The notes under the pieces are model-generated. The model saw only the letters and a program-made list of their open reading frames with translations, searched no databases and was not told where the DNA came from. DNA of 32,000 nucleotides from Microcystis aeruginosa NIES-2549 (GTDB lineage Bacteria; Cyanobacteriota; Cyanobacteriia; Cyanobacteriales; Microcystaceae): NCBI RefSeq assembly GCF_000981785.2, contig NZ_CP011304.1:1440001-1472000 (forward strand), read 5' to 3'. Position 1 is the stretch's first letter, and the number at the start of each line of letters is the position of its first letter. Below are positions 22,826 through 31,757 of the stretch, piece after piece. The position numbers and the translations under genes were made by a program.

Positions 22826-24016
22826 CTAGATATTCCCATGATCTAGCTTTTTCAGGGCGCTGAGAGCATGGAGACGGACGATCGCCTCCCCATCGGCTGC
22901 TAAAGTCAGCAAAATACTTTTATTGTCCCGATCTAATTCTCCTAAAGCGATCGCTAGAGACTGTTTAACTGCCGTATGAGCGAGGATCGCGGGATGGGAG
23001 TGATAAAAATTACCGAGAATTTCCCCTGCTTGTCGGCGTAATTTCTGGGAGGTTTGCCGGCCGAGAATAGCGATAATTTCCCGACAAATCAAGACATTTT
23101 CGCTATATAAAGCCTTTTCTAGGTAATTTAAAGCTTCCTCATCCTCGATCCAGCCCAAGGCTCGCACTACAGTTAATTTTAAACTATCGGGAGTTAAGGA
23201 AGATTGCAGCAGTGGATTTAAAGCTTTAGCTGAGGTTGCTGTGCCGATACGACCGAGAGCGATCGCCGTTTCCTGACAGATATCGAGGTGGATATCGAAT
23301 AAGAGCGGTTGCAGATGGTTAACTAAATCTGCTTGGGGATAATTTGGCCCCAGGTAACTACTAGCTTTAATTGCTTCCCGTCGCACATCGATGGCCGGAT
23401 CCTGTAAAGCATCGAAGATAATCGCAGTAATCTGGGGATGGTGAAAACTGCTTAAAGCTTCGATCACCATGGCTCGAATGATGCTAGATTGATCCTTAAC
23501 TACGGTTAACAGAGGTTCGATAATTTCTGGCCGGCGAATTTGTGATAAAGCTTGTACGGCTAAAAAACGCCTGTTCGAGTCGGACAGTAATTGTCCTAAA
23601 CTAGAGATGGCAGAACTGCCGATATTGGCTAAAGCGGCCGCAGCCATTTGGCTGAGTTCCTCCTCCTCCGATCTTTGCAATAATTGACTGAGAGCGAGAA
23701 TACAGGCTCGATCGTCAAATTGACTGAGAATTCTCGCCAGAAACCAGCGCATTTCCCCATCTTGTTCCTCGGATTCTAACAGGGCAATTAAAGGAGCGAT
23801 CGCTGATTTGCCGATTTTGGGAAATAGTTTCGCTATCTCCCATCGCTGTTGAAAATCGCATTTTTGTAAGGCTTCTAGGGCTAAATCGAGGATTTCATCG
23901 TTAATAATCGGTTCAATCGCATCTTTTTGGTTTAAAAGTCGCTGTATGCTGGCGTTTACTGTCTCCCAGTCCTTTTTATTCAACGCTATCTGAGCTTTTT
24001 CTAGCAGAGCTTGCAT
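22826..24016 (-). CDS. HEAT-repeat (PBS-lyase-type HEAT-like repeat) protein
   Basis: The sequence has a repeating helical ~30-aa periodicity with D/E-x-x-V-R-x-x-A-x-x-A-L motifs (DVRREAIKASSYLG, LKLTVVRALGWI, AIVRLHALSALKKL). Function is unknown. Confidence 0.6.
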   Translation of the reverse strand: MQALLEKAQIALNKKDWETVNASIQRLLNQKDAIEPIINDEILDLALEALQKCDFQQRWEIAKLFPKIGKSAIAPLIALLESEEQDGEMRWFLARILSQFDDRACILALSQLLQRSEEEELSQMAAAALANIGSSAISSLGQLLSDSNRRFLAVQALSQIRRPEIIEPLLTVVKDQSSIIRAMVIEALSSFHHPQITAIIFDALQDPAIDVRREAIKASSYLGPNYPQADLVNHLQPLLFDIHLDICQETAIALGRIGTATSAKALNPLLQSSLTPDSLKLTVVRALGWIEDEEALNYLEKALYSENVLICREIIAILGRQTSQKLRRQAGEILGNFYHSHPAILAHTAVKQSLAIALGELDRDNKSILLTLAADGEAIVRLHALSALKKLDHGNI

Positions 24017-24127
24017 CGTGAGAAATGGCCTCGATTTTCGTGCTACCTATCTCAAGAATGTCAGACTTTCTCGCTTTTGTCCTCTCTCATAATGCAAGAA
24101 ACCGATAATAAATCTCCAAATTGTGCA

Positions 24128-24904
24128 TCAGACATCAGTAGAGGGGGCATCAGCGATCGCACAGTAGGGACGACTATAACAAAGGGGTGTTTCCAGGTCG
24201 TGTTGTTCCAAAAATTCCCGATTACTTAAAATCTTAGCGGTTTCTCCCGCTGCTACCACCTGACCACGACTTAACACCACCGTGCGATCGCATAGTTCTA
24301 AAGCCAGATCGAGATCATGGGTGGCGATCACCTGGGTTTGGGGTAAAGTGGCCAACAGTTGTATTAATTGCCGACGGGACCGGGGATCCAGTTGGGCGCT
24401 AGGTTCATCAAAAACTAATACCTGCGGCAACATGGCTAAAACCCCCGCAATAGCCACGCGTTTTTTTTCACCCCCCGATAGATTCTGACTGTTTCTCTTG
24501 CCGTAATGCTGGGAATCCAATCCCACCGCGTGTAAAGCATGATGACAGCGATGGTTTAAATCCTCTCCCCGAATACCCTGATTCATCGGTCCAAAAGTCA
24601 CATCTTCCCAGACAGTGGGCATAAATAGCTGATCGTCGGGGTTTTGGAAGACTAAACCGACAAAATTGCGGATATTTTCTAAATTCTCCGGTTTAACTTG
24701 GTACGGACCGATGGTGATTCTACCGGTTTGCGGCGGGAGAATACCGTTAAAATGCAGTAATAAGGTGGATTTTCCCGATCCATTGGCCCCTACCAAAGCC
24801 ACCTTTTCCGTAGCTTCAATGGCTAAATTAATACCCTTTAACGCTTCTGTACCGTCAGGATAGGTATAAACTAGGTTTTCAATAAAAATCGGGTTGTGGT
24901 GCAT
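24128..24904 (-). CDS. cbiO: ECF/cobalt-type ABC transporter ATP-binding protein
   Basis: - Walker A: GANGSGKST
- Signature: LSGGEKKRVAIAG
- Walker B: VLVFDEP
- H-loop: IATHD

The track ORF extends to 25132 and overlaps cbiQ. I place the start at the ATG at 24904 (MHHNPIFIENLVYTY), 14 nt after the cbiQ stop. Confidence 0.85.
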   Translation of the reverse strand: MHHNPIFIENLVYTYPDGTEALKGINLAIEATEKVALVGANGSGKSTLLLHFNGILPPQTGRITIGPYQVKPENLENIRNFVGLVFQNPDDQLFMPTVWEDVTFGPMNQGIRGEDLNHRCHHALHAVGLDSQHYGKRNSQNLSGGEKKRVAIAGVLAMLPQVLVFDEPSAQLDPRSRRQLIQLLATLPQTQVIATHDLDLALELCDRTVVLSRGQVVAAGETAKILSNREFLEQHDLETPLCYSRPYCAIADAPSTDV

Positions 24905-24918
24905 GAAAAACGAGACTT

Positions 24919-25692
24919 TTACCTGAGTAGATGTACCATTTGACCCCAGAGGATCAGAATTACTATGCCAATTATAGCTAGATAATCGTTCAGCTTGTTT
25001 TGGGGAACCTGTACAGAAGGCAAGGAACCGGTGTAACCCCTCGATAACATGGCTTGATAAATGCGATCGCCACGTTCGTAGGTACGGATAAATAAAGCGC
25101 CGATTATATGTCCCACTAGCAACCGTTGCCATCGGGGACTACTCATTAAATTGCGCGCAATTGCTGCCCTTCGCATGGAATTAAATTCAGCGATCAAAAC
25201 AGCTAGATAACGGTACATAGAAGCCAAAATTGCCACCAATAAAGGGGGAGTTTTCAGGGTAACTAATGCTTGCAACAGGTCGGGAATTGCTGTCGTTAAA
25301 ACCAGAATATTGACCGTACAAAGACAGAGAAAAGCTTTTAGGGCGACACTGCCTAAAACTAGCAATCCCTCGCTAGTTATCCGCAAAAATCCCCAAGACC
25401 AAAGAATTTCCCCGCCATCGCGAAAAAGGGTTCCTAATAAAACCACACCGATAAAGACAAATTCGATCGCTACTCTTTGTAAAAGTATGGGAATAGTCAC
25501 CCGACTGATCAGAATTAAAATAATTAATCCTAATCCGTAAATCGCCCAAGTTTCCCAGCTACCATTCGGCGTTAAGGCTGTGGCAAAAACTAACAAAAGA
25601 GTGGTTAAAACCCGGGTATGGGGCGCGAGTTTCTGCCAAAAACCAAAATTTTGGCGCTCATTTTCGCGAGAAAAAGTGGCAATGTGTAGCAT
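24919..25692 (-). CDS. cbiQ: ECF transporter transmembrane (T) component, CbiQ family
   Basis: It is a polytopic membrane protein with a CbiQ-like C-terminal region (...RRAAIARNL...ERGDRIYQAMLSRGY). It sits between the cbiM/PDGLE genes and cbiO. Confidence 0.8.
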   Translation of the reverse strand: MLHIATFSRENERQNFGFWQKLAPHTRVLTTLLLVFATALTPNGSWETWAIYGLGLIILILISRVTIPILLQRVAIEFVFIGVVLLGTLFRDGGEILWSWGFLRITSEGLLVLGSVALKAFLCLCTVNILVLTTAIPDLLQALVTLKTPPLLVAILASMYRYLAVLIAEFNSMRRAAIARNLMSSPRWQRLLVGHIIGALFIRTYERGDRIYQAMLSRGYTGSLPSVQVPQNKLNDYLAIIGIVILILWGQMVHLLR

Positions 25693-25697
25693 TTATT

Positions 25698-25732
25698 CAG
25701 TGATCAATTATCAGTGATCAGTTATCAGTTAG
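25698..25732 (+). repeat. Heptamer array (CAGTGAT/CAATTAT/CAGTTAT) x5
   Basis: The sequence cagtgatcaattatcagtgatcagttatcagttag begins 6 nt upstream of the cbiQ start, inside the operon. Confidence 0.95.
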
Positions 25733-25735
25733 AAA

Positions 25736-25771
25736 GGGGATTTAGGGGTTTAGGGGTTTAGGGATTTGGGG
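25736..25771 (+). repeat. G-tract, telomere-like repeat (GGGGTTTA / TTTAGGG units); G-quadruplex motif
   Basis: The sequence is ggggatttaggggtttaggggtttagggatttgggg. It has five G3-4 tracts, at 25736-39, 25745-48, 25753-56, 25761-63 and 25768-71. Confidence 0.9.
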
Positions 25772-25810
25772 AAATTTCAGCTAAATGCCCCACTCCCGAC
25801 TCCTGATTCC

Positions 25811-26134
25811 TTACTCCTGATTTTTGGATTTTGGAATGATTAATTTACCGATACCCCAAGCGATGCCGAAAGTGGCAAGAGTTCCCAGAAAACCGGCGAG
25901 GGGAGTGGCCACACCTTGGGGAACACCTTTGAGGGCATAACCATCAAAAATTCGGGCGAAGGGTAATTGACCACCGAGGGCGTTAGGGTCTTCTTTTTCG
26001 CTAAATTGCAAGTCTTCCGCCACTCGATCGAGTCCGTCGGGATCGGGACTGGCAAAGGGAGAAAGAAAAACGGCGATAATTAGGGATAATACTAAGCCAA
26101 TCAGAAAAAATTGGCTATTTCTGCGAATATTCAT
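25811..26134 (-). CDS. PDGLE-domain small membrane protein (CbiN/NikN-type accessory component of the metal ECF transporter)
   Basis: It has the motif SPDPDGLDRVAED and one hydrophobic helix at each end. It sits between cbiM and cbiQ. Confidence 0.7.
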   Translation of the reverse strand: MNIRRNSQFFLIGLVLSLIIAVFLSPFASPDPDGLDRVAEDLQFSEKEDPNALGGQLPFARIFDGYALKGVPQGVATPLAGFLGTLATFGIAWGIGKLIIPKSKNQE

Positions 26135-26162
26135 CGACTTAATTGCTTTATTGACGAGAAGC

Positions 26163-26891
26163 TTAGGAAGGGGAAACAGAAGTATTAACGGAATGGGGCG
26201 GATCGTAGAGGAGATCGGGACGGGTTCGCCAGATATAACCGACAGCGAAAACGGTAATCACCGCTTCCCCGATACCGATGAGGATATGCCAAGATAACAT
26301 GGCAAAAAGGGCGACTAAAGGCGGTACAGTCCCCGATAAAGCCAATTGCAGGGCGCAAAACAACGCGGCTACCACCACACTTGTCCAAGCAGCGACGGCA
26401 ACAGCGATCGCCATACTGCGCCAACTATGAAAACCGAGGGCTTTTCTAATCCCCAGATAGAGATAATAACCGCCAAAAGTCCCGATCAGACCCATATTGA
26501 CGATATTTGCCCCTAAAACCGTTAAACCGCCATCTTGAAAAAATAAAGCTTGCACAATAAAAACCACCGCCATCACCAGAGAACCCGCCCAGGGACCGAG
26601 TAAAACCCCCGCCAGAGTCCCCCCTAACAAATGTCCGGAGGTTCCCCCCGGAATGGGAAAATTAATCATCTGGGCGGCAAAAATAAAGGCGGCACAAACT
26701 CCCATCAAAGGTACAGCCCGTTCAGCGTAGTGACCGCGCACTTTTTTGAGAGAAAAGCTAATCAGGACGACGGCAATTATCCAAGTAAATAGACTCACCG
26801 ATGGACTCAAAAAGCCGTCGGGTATATGGAGGGCGAGATAAGGGGTCAGGAGAGGGTGAAACCAACCAAATCCTAGAAAATTAACAGACAT
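26163..26891 (-). CDS. cbiM: CbiM/NikM-family substrate-capture (S) component of a cobalt/nickel ECF transporter
   Basis: The conserved segments are HIPDGFLS and GGTSGHLLGGTLAGVLLGPW. It is a polytopic membrane protein and the first gene of the M / PDGLE / Q / O cluster. Confidence 0.85.
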   Translation of the reverse strand: MSVNFLGFGWFHPLLTPYLALHIPDGFLSPSVSLFTWIIAVVLISFSLKKVRGHYAERAVPLMGVCAAFIFAAQMINFPIPGGTSGHLLGGTLAGVLLGPWAGSLVMAVVFIVQALFFQDGGLTVLGANIVNMGLIGTFGGYYLYLGIRKALGFHSWRSMAIAVAVAAWTSVVVAALFCALQLALSGTVPPLVALFAMLSWHILIGIGEAVITVFAVGYIWRTRPDLLYDPPHSVNTSVSPS

Positions 26892-27165
26892 TAAAACTCA
26901 GTCTCCTTGGCAATTTGGGTTAAAGATTTCAAGAGAATTGTTTCGCTGGGACGGAAAAGTCCTATCTTCTAGTAGATAACTAACCGCTTCATTCTACAAT
27001 GCTCTCTCTGGGGATTTAACCCCTTTGGCTTCTTAAGAATTTCTGTTATTTTTCTGGTTGTCAGGGTTTAGCTATCGGCCAAAATCTCAATTATTCTCCA
27101 GCGTCAAATTATTTAAATTATTATTAACTTTCGATTTTTTTGTCGTTTTTATGCTAGGCATTAAT

Positions 27166-27186
27166 CAGTGAGCAGTGAGCAGTTAG
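27166..27186 (+). repeat. Heptamer array (CAGTGAG) x2 plus CAGTTAG
   Basis: The sequence is cagtgagcagtgagcagttag, in the cbiM / dCMP-deaminase divergent region. Confidence 0.85.
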
Positions 27187-27318
27187 AAGAGGCTGGTGAC
27201 TACATTGACTAAGCGATCGGTAGTCAGGGCAGTGCTTTAATTGGTTTAGAGGTCATCTAATGATAAGCTATCAGAGATAACTCCCTCTTTTTCGCTTTTT
27301 CTAGCTTGGTATAAAACC

Positions 27319-27855
27319 GTGATCAACTCTGAAGAAAAAAGACCGACTTGGGACGAATATTTTTTAATGATCGCTAAATTAGCCGCCACCAGATCCACCT
27401 GTTTAGCTTTTCCCGTCGGTGCGGTAATTGTCAAAGATCGGCAGGTTTTAGCCACGGGTTACAATGGTTCCCCATCGGGAACGGTTCATTGTACTGCCCA
27501 GGGTTTTTGTTATCCCGGTTTGGGAACCTGTCGAGAATCTGGAGAAATTCCCTCTCGGGCAATTCATGCTGAAGCTAATGCGATCGCTCAAGCGGCCAAA
27601 CACGGTATTTCTACCCAAGGAGCTAGTATCTATGTTACCTTAGAACCCTGTATTTCCTGTTTAAAACTAATTATTTCTTCGGGAATTAAAGAAGTTTTCT
27701 ACGAAGCGGAATTTAATAGTGGGACAAAAGCCATTTTAAGGGATTCTTTTCTAGAAACGGGGATTATTAAATATAAAAAGATTTATTTATCAGAAGAAAT
27801 GGCTAGTCATGCGGCCTTATTTTTATTAAATCCCATTTCGATCGATCCCAGGTAG
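27319..27855 (+). CDS. Deoxycytidylate (dCMP) deaminase, ComEB-type
   Basis: - N-terminus: [21 protein letters not shown]
- Zinc motifs: HAEANAI and PCISCLKLI

The start in the track is GTG at 27319. The next ATG would remove the conserved WDEYF segment. Confidence 0.85.
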
Positions 27856-28465
27856 TTCTCGTCATCAGGCTAATTAGCAGCAAAACTCTCTCAGCTGTTG
27901 ACTATCTAAATTACTCGTTAAGACTGCACCAGAGTGCCGGAGTTGGGAGCAAGGAGAGAAAGTTCAAGCATTTGTACTAAAATTCTCGATACACAGTTTT
28001 AAGTCATTGCATCTTACACAATTCTGGCTTTAAGTCAATACCCTTTACAAAACTTCAAAAATTGCCTCACAAAAAAATGTCACCTTTAGCGGCTTTTTTT
28101 GGGGAAGGGAATCGATACAGTCCCCTGATTGTCTTGGTTTTCCGTTGATTTGACGTTTAACGCTTAAACTAAGCCCACAGCATACCACGATCATACAATA
28201 TTAATAAATGTAGTCAATCCCGATTTACAGCCAAATTTTGGCAAATTCTGGGAAAACTTAGATATGGCAGCTTCATTGTTACATTTAACTAATTGGCTAA
28301 AATATTTAAATATTTTAATTCTTTATTGATAAAGCTATAATTTTTACTTATTCTTGGCGACTGATTAACTAGGGTTGGGCAAAAAAGCTTGTAAGCTATA
28401 TTTCAAGTCAGTCGAATCGGTAATGAATAATCAATCTTTCGTAACTGGATTTAGGGATTTTATCG

Positions 28466-28497
28466 GGGGCTGTATTAGCCTAGACTAACACAGCCCC
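28466..28497 (-). terminator. Putative terminator hairpin downstream of gyrB
   Basis: The sequence is ggggctgt-attagcctagactaac-acagcccc, an 8-bp GC-rich stem. It starts 11 nt after the gyrB stop on the minus strand. The trailing sequence is only weakly U-rich. Confidence 0.4.
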
Positions 28498-28507
28498 AAG
28501 TTACCGT

Positions 28508-31174
28508 TTAAATGTCCAAATCCGTAAGATTTAAACGCGATCCGTGGGTTTCGATAAATTCTCGCCGGGGGGCAACTCGATCGCCCATAAGAATGGTAAA
28601 TAATTCCTCAGCTTTGGCTGCGTCTTCGATTTCCACCCGTTTTAAAGTGCGAGTTTCGGGATTCATAGTAGTATCCCAAAGTTGTTGGGGCATCATTTCT
28701 CCTAACCCTTTAAAACGTTGGATTGTGTAGTTAGCATTGGAGGGAAATTCCGCTATCTTTTGCTGTAATTCTCGATCGCTATAGCAGTAGGAATGATTTT
28801 TACCGCGTTCCAATTTATAGAGAGGAGGACAGGCGATATATACATAACCTTGGTCAATTAAATTCTTCTGATAACGATAGAAGAAAGTTAACAACAAAGT
28901 TCGGATGTGTGCGCCATCCACATCAGCGTCAGTCATTAAAACAATGCGATGATAGCGCAATTGTGAGGGGTCGAAATCTTCTCCTTTAATTCCTAAACCG
29001 AGGGCGGTAATTAAGGATTGAATTTCCGTATTTTTGTAGATTTTGGCATCATCGGTTTTTTCGATATTGAGGATTTTTCCCCGCAGAGGTAGAATCGCTT
29101 GAAAACGACGATCGCGCCCCTGTTTGGCACTGTTATGGACGAAAACGCCGGAAGCAAGGGCAAAGTTATGGGTATGAGGAACCTCGATATCATAGACATC
29201 GAATCTTGTTTCTAATCGCTCGATCGCCACAACTCGATGATTGTAATTAGCCACCGCTTCTAAGGCTTTATTTTTATCACCATCAAAGTAGCGATCACAG
29301 AAAGAATCAAATCGCAATATTGATTTATCCCGCGTCTGAAGCCGATATTTTTGATAAGCTTCCAAATCAATATAACCTCGATCGATCTCAATTTGCTTTA
29401 AGGTCGCTAGGGTTTTTTGATAGTAAGTTTTCTTGATTGTGTTAATTCCCTGCCAACGATTATACCAATCAGCGATCGCATGAGTGAACAACCAAGAATC
29501 GGAAGCGGGATTCCAGACCATTTCATAACCGCTAATGGTGATTCCGGGGTCATGAAGAGCGGACAATTTCCGATACAAAGGCATTAAAGCATCTTCTGGA
29601 GTTAAAGCCGCAGCAGGTTTATAGCTACCATCTCTTAACAGGAAAAGATGGTCAGGAGTACAAATAATCGCTTCACCATGATCGAGAGTAATTTTAATTA
29701 CTTCTGCGTCTTTTTTGGTGATGCGGGCATTAATAATTCGTTCAACCCCGATCGTGCCATTGTCACGAATGGTATAACAAAAATGTTCCTTTCCTTGGGC
29801 TTGTTCGGTCACTAGCTGTTTAAAACTGAGGTTGCGTCCATCGACAAGGGCGATTTCTGTATCACCATGAAAACAGCCGCCGGCGCTGTCCCCTTCAACG
29901 ATGTAAATTTCTGACTTTTCCGGGTCTCTTTCGCTACAATCAGCCAATTTACCCGGTAAAGGTGAGGATTCCAAGACCGATTTCCGTCGTACTAAGTCCC
30001 GGGCCCGACGGGCCGCTTCCGCCGCCTTGTACGCTTGTACTGCTTTTTCGATAATCGTGTCGGCCACTTGGGGATTTTGTTCTAAGTATTCGTTGAGAGT
30101 TTCCCCCACCAGCGAATCAACAATACCCCGGACTTCAGTGTTACCTAATTTGGTCTTGGTTTGTCCCTCGAATTCCGGTTCGGGGACTTTTACGGAAATA
30201 ACGGCGGTTAAACCCTCACGGACGTTTTCCCCCGCTAGATTAGGCTCGTTTTCTTTAATTTTATTGCGTTTACGAGCGACATTATTTAAAGTACGAGTCA
30301 GAACTGCCTTTAATCCCTCTAGGTGAGTTCCCCCGTCAATGGTGCGGATATTATTAGCAAAACCGAGAATATTGTCGCTATAGGCATCTATACACCACTG
30401 AAAGGCCACTTCGATATTAATTCCGTTCTTTTCCCCCGATACATAGATAATATCTTTGTGCAGGGTTTCTTTTTCCCGACACATATAGGCGACGTATTCT
30501 TTAATACCCCCCTCATAACAATAGGTTTCGATGTGGGGTTCTTCGGGACGGTAATCGCTAAAGGTGATTTTAACACCAGCATTTAAGTAGGCTAGTTCTC
30601 GTAAACGTCCGGAGAGGGTACTGTAATCAAATTCGATGCCTTGGCTAAAAATTTCGGTATCTGGCAGGAAATTAACCCTAGTTCCCGTTTTTTCCTCTTG
30701 ACTGGGACTGCTGACCAATTCTGTGACGGGGATACCTCTTTCGTAGCGTTGGGTATGTACTTTATGATCGCGCCAGACTGTCACATCGACCCATGCAGAA
30801 AGAGCATTAACGACGGAAATCCCGACCCCGTGTAACCCTCCCGACACTTTATAGCCACCACTGCCAAATTTACCGCCGGCATGAAGTATAGTGAGGACGG
30901 TTTCGAGGGCGGATTTACCCGTGGTGGGGTGAACATCGGTGGGAATACCCCGGCCATCGTCGGTGACGCTGACGGAACCATCGGCCTTGATATCCACTTC
31001 GATATGAGTACAGTAACCCGCTAGGGCCTCATCGATCGAGTTGTCCACCACTTCATAGACTAAATGATGTAGTCCCCGCGGCCCAGTCGTACCGATATAC
31101 ATCCCCGGCCGCTTCCTGACTGGTTCTAACCCTTCGAGAACTTGTATCTGTTCCGCGCCGTAGTTACTTGTCAT
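28508..31174 (-). CDS. gyrB: DNA gyrase subunit B, interrupted in frame by a 248-aa intein (640 aa after splicing)
   Basis: - N-terminal GHKL region: [39 protein letters not shown] and GGLHGVG.
- Toprim motif EGDSAGG, split from SAKQGRD.
- C-terminal motifs: [19 protein letters not shown] and QRFKGLGEM. Confidence 0.95.
29132..29875 (-). mobile_element. GyrB intein (248 aa; no recognisable homing-endonuclease motifs)
   Basis: The N-terminal junction is ...EGDSAGG|[13 protein letters not shown], with the Cys1 codon TGT at 29875-29873. Block B is ICTPDHLF. The C-terminal junction is [23 protein letters not shown]|SAKQGRD, with the terminal Asn codon AAC at 29134-29132 and a +1 Ser. Confidence 0.9.
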
Positions 31175-31757
31175 AAAATTTCCCTAAAAAGGCTGTGATC
31201 CCTGATTGAACCTAAATGAATGGCAAAATCTTCAAAAATTTTAGCACATAAGGGTTAAAGACTGCTTAAATGGCTTTAGGGAGAATTTTTTATTAGGGTT
31301 GGGGTGTGGTGCGATTCGTTGGCTAGAAACTAGACAGTAAGACGTTTAGAGGATTAGCCGCTTGGTAAATGTAGTACCTTGATAACTTTATAACCCTACA
31401 GGTGCGGGTTAGTAATAACCTTAGTCCTGTCCTCTAGATGCCTAGAGTGACGGCATTTCCTGCTGCTTTAGACTTGCTACATTTGAGGTAGTGAGCTAGG
31501 AAAAAAAGCGGTATCTGATAGCCTAAATCAGAAACCCGTTGAGCCAGAACTTATGGATAGCCCTGGGGCGAAGATACGAATTAACCATCGTCAACACCCA
31601 CAGGGCTTGACATAAAACTTAATTTAGGAGTTACAAAGGTGAGATGCTCCCCAGGAAGGAATTGGAATAGAATGTGATTATAATTCAGGCTGAGTACATA
31701 GTCTGTTTGTATCCATATTCCATTCAATCCATCAAATAAGGTGTGAGGATTGACCCC

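Noticed and set aside
24905-25132. The 76-codon 5' extension of cbiO in the track ORF.
   Set aside because: It overlaps the 3' end of cbiQ in another frame and has no ABC-ATPase similarity. The ATG at 24904 gives the canonical N-terminus, 14 nt after the cbiQ stop.
16785-27186. Heptamer arrays as possible CRISPR arrays.
   Set aside because: The units are 7 bp and directly tandem with no spacers. There are no cas genes, so these are not CRISPR.
26892-27245. Cobalamin riboswitch upstream of cbiM.
   Set aside because: There are only loose resemblances: aaaggggttaaatcccc versus the GGTGAAAATCC region, and gccaaggagactg versus the B12 box, which also overlaps the likely ribosome-binding site. 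I could not find the GCCACTG/CCCGC core, so it is left as a check to run rather than a call.
27246-27455. Minus-strand 69-aa ORF overlapping the dCMP deaminase start.
   Set aside because: It is antisense to a well-supported gene and has no motifs.
29400-29600. A homing endonuclease within the GyrB intein.
   Set aside because: No LAGLIDADG, HNH or GIY-YIG motif is recognisable in the central ~100 residues. The insert is too short for a full endonuclease domain.
3892-30981. Many short track ORFs nested inside or antisense to the large genes. Examples: 3892-4095, 4444-4644, 6214-6396, 11680-11910, 12043-12234, 13786-14076, 15016-15204, 15767-15988, 16504-16686, 19080-19406, 21635-21817, 24282-24488, 24666-24863, 25310-25540, 25840-26055, 26185-26424, 28512-28730, 29011-29199, 30027-30586, 30641-30981.
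   Set aside because: Each overlaps a longer ORF that has strong family motifs. Their compositions are biased and they carry no motifs, so they are shadow frames.
31175-31757. A possible ncRNA or tRNA in the 580-bp region between gyrB and the porin gene, and tRNA-like T-arm patterns elsewhere, for example gtggaacgaaccac inside the MITE.
   Set aside because: No cloverleaf, GTTCGAATC-type T-loop or known RNA motif could be assembled. The region is treated as promoter and 5' UTR DNA.
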